The notes beneath the pieces were generated by a model that worked only from the letters and a program-made list of their open reading frames with translations, made no database searches and had not been told where the DNA came from. The translations under genes were made by a program, and so were the position numbers. From Paraspadella gotoi (Eukaryota; Animalia; Chaetognatha), in the NCBI GenBank assembly GCA_051294375.1, contig CM119268.1, forward strand, positions 10,686,148 through 10,750,147: a stretch of 64,000 nucleotides of DNA. The letters are read 5' to 3'. The stretch's first letter is position 1. Each line of letters opens with the position of its first letter. Shown one piece after another: positions 12,840 through 31,371 of the stretch.

Positions 12840-14174
12840 CCAATTTTCGCTTTCATGCTCATCGGTTTTTTTTTTTTTTTTTTTTTTCAATCAAAACTAA
12901 TTCGTAATTCAAATCGATACGGAACCAGCGAGCGATTTCACGGGTTCTATTTTTAGCTACGCCGCGTTTTCGCGATTAAAAATGGCGAAATTCCCTCCGC
13001 GCGATTGGCACGTTTTCTCTGTCGTTTCTCTCTCTCCGTCAGGGTTTTGAGTTTGCGCTAATTCGTTTCGACGTGAGTGAAGCTTGGCCTGGAGTTTTTT
13101 TTTTTTTTTTCTTTTTGGGAACAGCTTCGAACTCTCACATGACATTTTCGTGTCACAGTACCTCCTAATTCCTTTTTTATCCTTTGACGTTTTTCCTTTC
13201 CTCCCCCCGCCCAAGAATCCAAGATCGCAATTAATTTTTCGTTTCGAATTTTCGTTCACGTTTTTTTTTCTCTTTTCCCTTTCGTTAACTCACTTCTTTG
13301 CTTTTTTTCCCCCTTTTTCTTATTTTTTTCCTCATTGACTTATTACTTTTTACTTTCCCCGTAGATTTACCCCATTATTTTCTCTTCCCTTTCTTCCTCC
13401 TTTCTTTTCCGTTCAATTTTACCATCTAAGTTTCCCACAATATCTAATCTTCAGTTTCCCCCCTCAAATTTTACATTTCTTCCCTTTTCCCCTTGCCCAC
13501 TCTCCCTCTAATTCCCCCCCCCACTCTTTCTCACCCTCTTTATTTTTCCCCACTCTCATTCCCCCCTCCCCCCTCCGTTCTCATTTTCCCTCCCGTTTCG
13601 CTCTGTCGGTTCTAAATACGAGAAAGGCCTTCGGAATGACTTTTGACCTCCGGCCCCTTGACCTCTTTTTATTTTTACATGCGGGCTTTGAAAAACGACT
13701 AACGGGGAAAGAAAAAAAAAAACCTTTTGTAAGAAAAATATAGGATGGAAAAACTTTTAAGGGATCGTTGCAACAGTCTTTGTAGTTTGTAGGAAACGGA
13801 AATTATTTCCCTGAACGTGAGAAAAAGAGTTTATTATATAAAATAAACGAATTTAACTCTAAACTTTATTATTTGGAGAGAAGGCTTTCACTTTGTGGCG
13901 AATTTTTTTTTAATAAAATGATTGATTTCTAATATCCGCGTACACGGGCCGGAATTTTTTTTATAAAAATTGTTTTCTGCTATGAATTAATTTCTCAGTT
14001 TCGCATCAAATGAAACGAAATTGGAGTAAAAAAAAAATTCGGAAGCTTTTCTTAGGAGAGAAGACGAGTCTCATCTTTTTTCAAAAGATCTCGGGTTCAA
14101 TTCCTGACGACTTCAATTTTTTTTTCGCTTAGGGAAGACTAGGCTATTTTTTCCTATTAGCTCCAGCTATATCC

Positions 14175-14300
14175 TTACAGGCTGAGAACTGCCCCCAAAC
14201 TGGAACGACCTGCGCGACGTAAGGAGATCGAACCAGGTACCCCAACAATGCCTTCCAATCTTACCGATAAATACCCCGCGTCCATGATGAAACCAATATT
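14175..14300 (-). mobile_element. Probable tRNA-derived SINE head fragment
   Basis: The minus strand has TCGGTAAGA followed about 25 nt later by the B-box GGTTCGATCTCC. There is no complete cloverleaf. Confidence 0.35.
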
Positions 14301-14954
14301 GGGCACCTTTTTCCGAGATCGCCCCCCTTTAGTTTCCTTATCCTTAAGCTGAATTTTGAATGAAAGCCGAGAGTAGTCGCCCTTGCGTATTACAAAAAAA
14401 TTGAGGACATATTCTATCGAAAACAACAACAACAACGACGATAACGACAACAACGACGGCGTTCTAAATAAACATTCTCCCCCACATTTTCTCTCTTCGT
14501 TCCGTCGACTTCGACGCTGCTATTTTTTTTCCCTTTCCTCTCTCCAAATGCGGAATCACGTATTTTAGACCAGAAGGGGTGGGGGGGGGGGCAGGGTGGC
14601 GCGGGGGTTTTATGAATGGAGCAGGGGAGGTGGGGGAAGCGCTCGAGTGCGGGATTTTTCAAAGGTCAAATAAGTAGTTGGGTAAAAGATTTTACACTTA
14701 ATTTTTTTTTTACTCGAATAATTTTATGAAAATTATGGAATTTAAAAAAGAAGAAGCATAAAATCGCATTTAATCCAACCGGTCAAAGTTAGTTGACTTA
14801 GTCCAAAACGCCGAGGGAGTCGCTTCGTGGGTGATGAAGCGTGGATCGCTCCGTGGGTTCGAGTCGCTCTGTGGGTAGGAGGCGCTTCGAGGCAAAAGGA
14901 AAACAGGAAACTGCGAGAGAAAGCAGAATTGCTAAAAGGTGGAACTCGAGAGAG

Positions 14955-14985
<31 letters not shown>

Positions 14986-15209
14986 GAGACAGAGAGAGAG
15001 AGAATGGCGCTAAGTGCCACTGGAATAAAAATATATCCGATAAAAAGGTGAAGTAGAAAGAATTTTTTTTTTTGTACGATGCGAACTTAATTTAACGTTA
15101 ATAAATATAATAAATAAATATGAATATAAATTGATATTTGAATAGGAATCGATTCCGACGGGAATCTGTTGTCGAAGAATTCTTTCTTTTAAATTCTTTG
15201 ACTGGTTGC

Positions 15210-15332
<123 letters not shown>

Positions 15333-15496
15333 GATTCAATTCAGAGAGAACAGAAGAGAGCGAAAGAATATTGAAGATGCGACCTCTCTCTCTCTCACTA
15401 AACTGCAAAACTGTCACTCTCTCTCCTCATAATCTCTCCATCGAAAAGGTCGACCCCTCCATCAACAATCTTCCTCCCGCTAAAGGTCGCTCCTTT

Positions 15497-15945
15497 ATCT
15501 CTCTTTCCCTTCTCCCCTTCGCTCGCTCGCTTGCTTTGCTTGCTTGCTTGCTTGCTTGCCTCGCCGGTTGATTGGTTGGGATTTCTTTCTTTTTTTATTT
15601 GTTTCTTCCTGTTTTATTCTTTATGGTCCATACGTATGTAAGATTGCGTGGCGAATCCTAAATTCGACTCCCGTATTGCTTGGTGAAATTCAGCTCGTCC
15701 CATTGGCTTGGACACTGGACAGTGGACAATGGACATATGGACAGCTAAGTACGAGTTCACCAACGGTGAGTTCCGGGTACAATCCCCTCGCGGTCATGCT
15801 GGTTAAAGTGTGATGGTGTCGGCATGAACACGCCAGTGACATGGGGTCGTCACTGGAGGTCCAAAGCCCTGAGCGCCAGCTTTCGGGAAATGCCTCACAC
15901 CCCAGGCATCACACATGTCCCCCCGTTGCCTTTATATGAACATTA
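15497..15945 (+). repeat. Duplicated segment (copy 1) containing (GCTT)n and the family B SINE-like element
   Basis: Colinear similarity to 29729-30675, where the segment is interrupted by a MITE. Confidence 0.85.
15798..15880 (+). ncRNA. Twister ribozyme-like motif, type P5 (family B, copy 1)
   Basis: GCTGGT-TAAA-GTGT-GA-TGG-TGTCGGCAT-GAA-CAC-GC-CAGTGAC-ATGGGGTC-GTCACTG-GAGG-T-CCA-AA-GC-CCT-GAGC-GCCAGC. Pairings: T1 TGG/CCA, P5 GCTGGT/GCCAGC, P3 7 bp, P4 AGG/CCT. A B-box-like GGGTACAATCCC lies just upstream, and the 3' end reads GGCATCACA...GTTGCC as in family A. Confidence 0.7.
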
Positions 15946-16208
15946 ACTAAAGACGCATTTGACGTCCAGTGGAAGAACAGCTTCCTATTAAATGATAGGT
16001 TTGATAATTTCATTGGTTCTTATATTACTATTTTTGTACGCAATTATAAGTTATTAATTATTAACAATAATAATTTTTAAGTGTGGTTTTTTCTTTTCTC
16101 TTTTCCGTTTCTCCCGTATCCTTTCTGTTTTCAGCATATGAAACGCTCTTTCTATCCTTTCCATTTTCAAATACATTTTTTAAAATCGTTCTCCTTATCA
16201 TCAACCAG

Positions 16209-16852
16209 GTTGAAACGCTACTCGCTCTACTTTAACGGGGATGAAGTGTTTAAAGGTCTCGTCACAACTTTCGTCCTCCAAGTAGAAGGCGACGCCGACG
16301 ACATCCTAGAAATTCGCGCCTCCGTCGAGACCGAGAGGCATCCCGTCGCCGTGACCACGCCCTCTGTCTTTTACGACGTCGCCCTTCGTCGCGTCCTCTT
16401 CGCCGCCCCGAAGACGACTAATTTCTATCGTCAAGCTTGGTTCTTCGTCGTCGTTATCGTCGCTGCTTTCGCCGTCGTCGTCGTCATTGTCGTCATCGTA
16501 GTTCGACGATGTTAAACTCAAAGAGGGAAATCAACTCCGAGATCAGTTCGGAGCTCGAGAACGAAACTTCCGCTGCCGCCGAGGAAAAGACAGAGGACCC
16601 TGGCGGACGATCCTGTCGGGGACGCGACTTTTCTTGAAGCGAAAAGGCGAGCGGCGGAAATAGAAGGTCCGGCCCGGAAGACCAAAACCTAGGGCGAACC
16701 GAGAGAACGCCCAGAAGAGAGAAAGAGACGGTGGCGCCCATAACCCTGGCGCTGAGAAAAAGCAGATATATCTTCGAGAAAGCGCCTCGGACAAACCCAG
16801 AAAACGACGGGATAGAAGGCGGAATGTGCAGGATGCGATAACTCATATTTAA
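16209..16852 (+). pseudogene. ush2a: Usherin (USH2A)-like terminal exon: last FN3 remnant, transmembrane helix and tail, disrupted
   Basis: After the acceptor at 16207-16208 it reads LKRYSLYFNGDEVFKGLVTTFVL...TTPSVFYD...KTTNFYRQAWFFVVVIVAAFAVVVV. From memory this resembles the usherin juxtamembrane region (LKEYVLTDGGRRVYSGLDTTL...KTPLIQYD...STEFYSELWFIV). There is an in-frame TAA at 16513-16515 and a frameshift near 16664-16690, after which the reading ends ...DAITHI* (usherin ends DTHL). No upstream usherin exons were found. Confidence 0.7.
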
Positions 16853-17617
16853 ACTGTGACAAGTGCAGTATTTTTGAAAACATAATCCCCTGTTAATCGG
16901 CTTTACATGGTAGATTCACTCGTTAGTAAATATGTTCAAACTAATAAAACATGTTGTTTATTTTTATACTAATATACATAAACAACATTGAAGCAGAAAT
17001 AAATGAATATTATAAACAGAAAGTATTTATTTTTGTTTTACGATTTAAAATTAATGCTGCTGAATATAATTGTAAATAGAAAGTGTAGTAGCAAAAACTG
17101 GTTGTAAATATTAATATAATAAATAAATCTTGAACGTTCGACTTGACGTCAGGTGAATTTTTGATAGATTTTCTGAATACTTTGCAGTTGGCAGTATCTT
17201 GAACTTATTTTAGGCCAAAATTCATTACAACGAAATACAACGATTAAAGTGCTAATATCAAGAGTTTTGCAAACGTTTTAAAAGTATTGACAAAAAATAT
17301 CCATATTTAAATGAAGTCTTTAAAATTTACTTTAAGGTTCACTTGATTCGAAATCTTAATTTTTTTTTACTTTTGACGTATGAACATTGAATATATAGTA
17401 TTCTCTAAATTCTAATGTATTACCGCCAGCTATATCGACAAAAAAGTATGATTCTGTAGAAAACGAAAATACGAGAAAATAAAGGTAGGGAAAAAGTTGA
17501 AGAATTGTGATGATGAAAGAGAAGTAGAAAAGAAGTGAGACGAGCTCTCTCCTGATCCCCTTTTATCATCGCTCGGACCAACTTGACCTTACGGTCTCCT
17601 CGGCCCTATTACTGTGT

Positions 17618-17675
17618 CCGGTCAATCTAAGGTCATTGTCAAAGCTAGGGCAAAGTGACCGTGTGGATTGACCGG
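17618..17675 (+). ncRNA. Candidate pre-miRNA-like hairpin
   Basis: CCGGTCAATCTA/TGGATTGACCGG, GGTCATT/AGTGACC and GTC/GGC give about 22 bp with an 8-nt loop, in a GC-rich island inside AT-rich DNA. The expressed strand is uncertain. Confidence 0.35.
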
Positions 17676-18682
17676 CTCGGAGAAAGAGGAGAGAGGAAGG
17701 ATTTAGAGAGAAAGACCGTTGGTAAGTCGCCTCAATTCATTTTTAAAATTTTATATATTATATATTATATATTTCAAAATCATAAAAGTATATATATGAA
17801 ATTGGTACAACCAGTATAAAAATTATCCATTCATTTAATAAATAAGCTATCTTGTCCCTGACTCAATATAAAATTATAAAATATACGTAACAAAATATCA
17901 TTATGGGTCTTCATTTTTGTTTCTTTAAAATTTTAGATGCTTCACTTTACCCTACAGCGTTTGGGCCATTTTATAAGTCACTTTTCGATGGGTCGATCTG
18001 TCGGTCGGTATGTCTGTCCGTAGGTCTGTCCCACTTACGTTAAAATTACATATAGATTAGATTAGATTTATTCAGAAAGACGGGCCGATGAAGGCCTTGG
18101 GTCGCGGTTACAAATGATCTCGGAACAGTGAACAATTAATCACAATTAATCATCATAAATCACTGTTTCGTAAGTTGTACGGCTAAAGATTGAATCGGAA
18201 GTTAATCGTTTAATTCGCCTATACTATAGTTGGTTGCTCAATGCTCAATGCTCAATGCTCATTTGTGAAGACAGGAAAAAACCGCCTTGAGGAAATCCTA
18301 AAACTGTAAGGAAGAAAAGACGTAATTTCGATGCAGTGCATGTCATAAATTACAAGGGCAAAACTTTTTTTAAGTCATGTCATGTCATGTCATATCATGT
18401 GAATGTCGGGAAGAAACTTTCGTGAAGAACAAAGGGAAATAAACGTGAAAATAAAGTCACTTCGGCGCAACACATTGGAACCACCGTTCTTGTTATGCTT
18501 CAAAAATCATTATCGAAAAGAGTGATTAAAATTTAAATGATTAATAAAATTCATCCCACTTTTTTTACAATGAAATTAGTTTGATATTCAATGTTCTGAC
18601 ATCTAATATTATGTTATCTTTAAAGTTTAAACGCCCGACTACCTATTCTAGTTTTAGACGAAAAATTAAATAAAGTTGGTAA

Positions 18683-25333
<6,651 letters not shown>

Positions 25334-25370
25334 AAGGACTGATATATTTATTATTATAATTTATATAGTT

Positions 25371-28300
25371 CAGAGATGCAGACGCGATCCGGGAGGCGGA
25401 GTGGAAACGCGCGGAGGGGCGCATGTTTTTTGATGTTTTTGAGGTGGCGAACTTGGACAAGAGTCAAAAATTGGGGAGAAGGGAGGCGAATGCGGAGGCG
25501 CAAAAAACGTTGCGCGTTCGCCTTTTGTGCTTTTGTTTTTATCGGCGAAAATCAAAAGGTTTTTGCCAAATTAAAACCTTTCTATTGTTCCAAAAATTGT
25601 TCTTTTTTTTTAAATTTAGATATTGCTAAATTCTGAAGCGTTTATCAGCTGCCATTGGTTTTTTATTAACATATTTTTTATTCAAAAAAAATTTGGTTCT
25701 GTTTATATCTATTTTATCTAATAAGTTGTACATAAGCATATATTTTATATCTTTTTCTTTTAATGCATTCATTCACTCATTATTTTTCTTTTTATTTTAA
25801 ATAAAAGATAATTTGTTAATTTATTCCTATGAATATTTAATTAAATTTGTTAATTTATTCCAATGAATATTTAATTAAATTTGTTAATTTATTCCTATGA
25901 ATATTTAATTAAATCATTTATTTATAATTCTATTCTATTTATTTATTTACTTTATTGATTTTATTAATCAAATAATTTTTTTATCTAGCATCGTTTTTTA
26001 AACTTGGATCTTTTTTGATTTGCATTATTATTTTAACTGGCATCATTTTTTCAACTGGCATAATTTTTTTAAATATGGATTATTTTTTTATTTATATTAT
26101 TTTACAACTTGAATCATATTTTTAATTTGCATTATTTTTTTAACCTATATAATTTTTTAAATTCCATTATTTTTTTAATTTTGTATTTTTCCAACTTGCA
26201 TCATGTTTTTATCTTGGATCATTTTTTTAACTTGCATTATTTTTTTAAACTAGCTTCATTTTTAAACTTGTATATTTTTTTTTGATTTGCATTAATTTTT
26301 TAACTTGCATCATTTTTTAATTCATTTATTGTTTTTAATTTGCATTATTTTTGAAACTTGCATCATTTTTTTTAACTTCCATTAGGTTCCGCGTATAAAC
26401 GTTGCATTTAGGAAAAAAACGACTCTTTCCACTATTGTTCAGTTGTTACTTAAAATGTTAATTAACCTTGTACCACAACACAAATTAGGCCGAACGAAGG
26501 ATTGGTTAGAAACATCTCCACCCGTTTCTATGATAAAATAGTACCATTTTGGCAACTTTTAGCCTTGAATGCCAAGGAAAGTTGAGAAAAATTTTTTACT
26601 TTGGAAATCCGTTCTTTCTTATCTTTTTACCTCTGGGTAAATTTATTAGCTTATATCATTTATAGTTTGCCTATGAATTAATTTTAAAGTTAACAAGTCA
26701 AAAAGTTGGAGTTTCAGTCTTTATCATAATTTGTTAAACAAAATAAATCAAATTGGTTGAAATTAACAGAAAATATAGCCTATTGAATAAGCTTTTAACA
26801 CCTATAAAATTATCAAAAAAACTTTTTTGGTTAAGCCACAAATAATTTTTAAAGACGTCTTTTAATTTGTGACTTTTTGTGACTTGCATTTTTTTTTGAT
26901 AAAGAGAATATTTTCAACTCATTTATTAGTTTTAAAATATGAGGTACATACTGACCTTGATTAATTAAAAAAAACCGCATCCTTTTAACCCAATGGAAGC
27001 GTCAGGACTTGTTTTTTCTCAGAATCGACAGATTTTGCGGAAAAATTTTTGCAAAATCTGTCGATTTACTAAATTTGCTAGGCACACACAAATTGAAAAA
27101 AAAATCATGCGCTACCGTTCATTTTCTTTTTATAATGCATTTTAAATATTTTGTTTGATTTGGCTCAATGTAGACGTAGTGAGAGGAAATAGGAAAGGCA
27201 AAAAGAAAAGGAGAAGGGGAGAGAATGAAAGAGGGGGTAAAATGCAAAAAACGAAGGCAAATGGGGAAAAAATAGTGAAACAATTGTAAGGTAAGAAAAG
27301 AGGGGAAAATGGAAAGAAAAAGAGGGAAAAAAGGGAAAGAATGAAGATGAGAAAAAAAGGTGAGGAAAGTGCATGAGTGACAGAAAAAGGTAGGGCCAAA
27401 AAATGGTAAGTGACTGCGTGAGAAGTAAGGGAGGAAAGAGGAAGAGAATAATATAAAGTAAGAGAAGAAAAGAATCAGGAAAAGCGTATGAAGGAAAAAA
27501 ATTGTATCAGATAATTTGGCGTCTTACCTAAAATCTTTTGTGTAAGTAAAAGACATGAGGATTCTTATAAGAATTCGATCTTTAAAAATCATCTGTACCA
27601 TAAAAATTCAATCATACTTTTTTAAATAATAAGCAGTTAATGAGATTAGATTGACAATCATTGAAGAAATCATGTCTTACCGTATTTTTAACTCATAGAA
27701 ATTTACATGGGAAGTTCTAAGTGATAAGGAGATAACTTGAGACTACCGTTTTTTTTAAATGAAGAAAGCTTCGTACTAACCAATGAGATCAAGAAATATG
27801 GTAATTATTTGTAGTTCAGATTTCGTTGTTTAAAAGACACTGATTGTATGCGAAACCTTTTTTTTTTATTTATAATATTTTTTTGATTTACATATTTTTT
27901 GATTTGCATTATTTTTTAACTTACATCATTTTTGCACCTTATATCATTTTTTTATTTTAAATCATTTTTTATATTTCGCATCATTTTTTGAATGCATAAT
28001 TTTTTTGAATGCATAATTTTTTAACCTATATCATTTTTCAACTTGCATCATTTTTTTTCAAATTGCAGCATTTTTTTAAACTTGCCTTATTTTCTTAACT
28101 TATATTATTTTTTAACTTGTATTATTTTTTTCTTTTTTGTAATTTTTTAAATTTATATATACCTTTTAACTTATATGGTTTTAATTTTTATGTTAAAATT
28201 TAAATTTCAATTTATTTATAAAAACAATTCATAAAATTGGTACAAACAATATAACAATTATCCATTTGTTATTAGTTTGTAAAATATTTAATTAATTATA

Positions 28301-29304
28301 TATAAAAATTATTAATTATTGTTTTAATATAAAAAATAAACTAATTAATTAATTTAATTATCGCTAATGATCGTCATCAGATCCAGCATTTTTGCTTTTT
28401 TTTTTTATCTAAGTAAAACTATAAACTTTCAGCTTGAATTGAAAAACAAGAAGAAATTTTTTTCTAATGCCAAATAGTAAAATATACAAAATTACGGTAA
28501 TATTATAATTTTTTTAAATAAATTACACAATTCAATTTTTTACTGATTTGGAATACTACTAACATTTATGGATTTTTAATATGATTATTTTTAAACAATT
28601 AGTAAAATAATATCTTTCCTTTTTTTAATTTAATTAATTATATTAAAATTAATAAAATGTTTGATTGGAAAGTAAAAAAAGAAAATAGAAAAAAAATAAG
28701 TAAAATAAAAAAAAAAGGAATACAGAGAAAGTAAGAGAGAGAGAAAGAGGAAAAAGAGTGAGTGAAGAGAATAAAGAGTAAATAAAAGAAAATGAAATAA
28801 AGTCATATAAAATAAATTTTGTCCTTATTCTCAATAATATCCTTTTCCTAAGTATTTTTTAGAAGCTTTATCTCTTCTTCCCCATTTCTTTTTTTTTTTC
28901 TCTTTCTTTCTATCTCTTTCTTTCTCTTTCTCCTCTCTCTCCCTCTCTCTTTTTTAAAATGTCTTGCAAAAATTGTTTAAAATATATATTTTGTTAAAAG
29001 ATTTGAAAAAAGTTAAAACATATATACATTTAAAAATAAAAAAAAATTTATTTATTTATTTATTTATTATTTTAAACATAACAAATTGAAAGTTTTTTCA
29101 TGATCCATTGATCTGAATTAAAAAAACATATCAAATACAAAACTATAAATAATTTTTAAAAACAAAAAGCCGGAGGCGTTCAAGAGGCGAACGCGGAGGC
29201 GATCCGGGCTAAAAAATGAGAGGCGAACGCAAAACCGGAGGCGAGGGGGGTCTCCGGAGGGCGGGGAGTGGAGGCGGGCGAAATTCACCGCCTCCAGCAC
29301 CCTG
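25371..29304. mobile_element. Non-autonomous hAT-type DNA transposon (about 3.9 kb)
   Basis: 8-bp TSD ATATAGTT at 25363-25370 and 29305-29312. Imperfect TIRs CAGAGATGC...GCACCCTG. GGAGGCG motifs cluster at both subtermini. The interior is AT-rich with no transposase ORF. Confidence 0.8.
25980..26380 (+). repeat. Degenerate ~20-bp AT-rich tandem array (consensus like TTTTTTAACTTGCATCA); second array at about 27880-28170
   Basis: Repeated aacttgcatcattttt / atttgcattattttt units. There are also three copies of a ~35-bp unit at about 25810-25915. Confidence 0.8.
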
Positions 29305-29917
29305 ATATAGTTAAAACTCAAAACCGCTAAAATCCGCTACGGACCGTATAAGCCAAAACCTAATACTAACTAATAAATACTTTTGTCAATTTTTAAATAT
29401 GATAAACCTGAGTAAACGAGTAACTGCAAGAAAAAATTCAATTTCAGGAAGGGTAGTTATTTTTCTTATATAATTTGAATCCATTTCATAATTTAGTACC
29501 TCATTGGAAAATCTGTTTCTCTCTTAATTTTAAGAATCGCTATTTATCGCATTAACTGAGGATCAAGGAAACCTTTCTTGACCTATTGAAACCCTTGGAT
29601 ATTGTCAGTTGTGATAAACCTGGGTAAACGAGTGACCTATAGTTAAAAAGTCGTTTTTGTCAATTTTTTAAAAGAAAAATATGTTGGCTATGTTAAGGAA
29701 AAATTATATTACTATGTAAAAACAAAAGATCTCTCTTTCCCTTCTCCCCTTCGCTCGCTTGCTTTGCTTGCTTGCTTGCTTGCTTGCCTCATCGGTTGAT
29801 TGGTTGGGATTTCTTTTTTTTTTCTTCATTTCTTTCTGTTTTATTCTTTATGGTCCAAACGTATGTAAGATTGTGTGGCTAATCCTAAAACTCAGCTCGT
29901 CCCATTGGCTTGGACAG

Positions 29918-30461
29918 TAAAGCGTAGTAAAAATTTTAAATTTAACTTTAATTAAAATTCTAAAAGTGAGGAACGAATAACATTATACTAATGAACATTT
30001 ATGTATAAAAAAATTAATAATAATATAAAATAATAATTAATATAATATAAAATTACAATTTACGCAGTAGGCCTTATACTAGTACCAATCCAATAAATGT
30101 TGAAATTTCAAAATAATTTTTTGTAAGATTTTTTTGCTGATTTGGATTCGTCATGAAAAGTTGATATAAAGAAATATAACTCTTTTTTAAAAATTCTTTC
30201 ATTAGGTTGATCAAATATAAAAAAACCTATATTTTAAGCTGAAAATTAAAATTTTATATATTAAATATAGTTTTTTAAATTCTTAACCACTTAATAAAAT
30301 AATTTTTTAAAGATTTTATAAGGATAGTACTATATATAAATATAGCCTACTGCGAAAATTGAAGAACATAATTTTTTTTTTTTACAAATTAATGTTAACT
30401 GATGGTATGTTGTTCATAATTGACATTTAGAATTTTCGTATGTAACTTTCACTACGCTCTA
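29918..30461. mobile_element. hAT-type MITE with long imperfect TIRs
   Basis: 8-bp TSD TTGGACAG at 29910-29917 and 30462-30469. Ends TAAAGCGTAGT...ACTACGCTCTA, with inner inverted motifs CGCAGTAGGC/GCCTACTGCG. Absent from the paralogous copy near 15710. Confidence 0.85.
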
Positions 30462-30476
30462 TTGGACAGCTGTCAC

Positions 30477-30559
30477 GCTGGTTAAAGTGTGATGGTGTCG
30501 GCATTAACCCGCCAGTGACATGGGGTGGTCACTGGAGGTCCAAAGCCCTGAGCGCCAGC
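30477..30559 (+). ncRNA. Twister ribozyme-like motif, type P5 (family B, copy 2)
   Basis: As 15798-15880 but with TAA-CCC at the cleavage site/P2, which weakens P2. The element ends GTTGCCATAATAATA. Confidence 0.65.
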
Positions 30560-30925
30560 TGTCGGGAAATGCCTGACACCCCAGGCATCACACATGTCCC
30601 CCCGTTGCCATAATAATATATTTAACTTGTAGATGGGGAGGGAAAAACTTTTTATTTCTTTATATGAACAATTGAAGTAGATAATGACTATTATTGTAGC
30701 CTGGCCTATTGATAATCTAATTTCCAATTTCTTTGCTTTTCGTACTTTCATTCGATTTAAAACAAACCCAGACATCGCGGCAAATTGTCGCCCCATTCAT
30801 GTTTTCGATTAAACTCTCCCGCCATTCCGCTTCTCTTGACTTTGAGTCATCATCTATTCTTATCCCACATTCTGATCGGGCTACTTTCGATTCTTGAGGC
30901 TTGACACAATCACGCGTTTCGATTT

Positions 30926-30940
30926 TCGAATTGCGCAGTT
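30926..30940 (+). promoter_or_regulatory. 15-bp motif TCGAATTGCGCAGTT upstream of IAP paralogue A, shared with paralogue B
   Basis: An exact copy lies at 41138-41152; the flanks are otherwise dissimilar. Confidence 0.45.
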
Positions 30941-31371
30941 TCGAACGAGAGGTTTCCAATTTCGGTCGACAATATTCGTTCTCGTTTCACGTTTCAACTC
31001 GTCGGTTTGTGATTTTAGTCCTCTAGTCCTGGACTCTTAATTTTTATATACTTAACTCGAATGGTTTTCACCGAGAGTAAACATTGGAACTATGACGCTT
31101 CGGACGAAAACGAATACTCGTCCGAAAATCTCGATATGACGCTCGTCCCGGTCTGCCGGGGAAAAATCCATCTCGCGTCGCGACGATTCGACGACCGCTG
31201 GCCGTGGTGACGACGATAAACTCGAAGACCCGCCCACATTTCCGTCGATCGAAGACATCAAAGTCGGGGTCATCTATCCATTACGACTTGGATCTTGAAC
31301 ATCCACTCAACCCTCAACCGGAAGTGACTTTCGATTTAAGAAGAGCATCTGATTAGATCCTTTTCATTCTC

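Larger units (their letters stand above)
29729..30675 (+). repeat. Duplicated segment (copy 2 of 15497-15945), interrupted by a MITE
   Basis: Same (GCTT)n, CAGCTCGTCCCATTGGCTTGGACA, family B element and downstream TTTATATGAACA as copy 1. Confidence 0.85.

Noticed and set aside
12507-12890. Overlapping ~100-aa ORFs
   Set aside because: They lie over the family A repeat, the second copy does not preserve them, and the conserved feature is RNA structure.
15745-15772. Possible usherin micro-exon ending at the donor ACG|GTGAGT
   Set aside because: No phase joins it to 16209 without a stop codon, and it lies in the head of the family B repeat.
31061-31210. 49-codon ORF (MVFTESKH...) upstream of IAP-A
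   Set aside because: No homology recognised and no counterpart before paralogue B. It may be a uORF but is unsupported.
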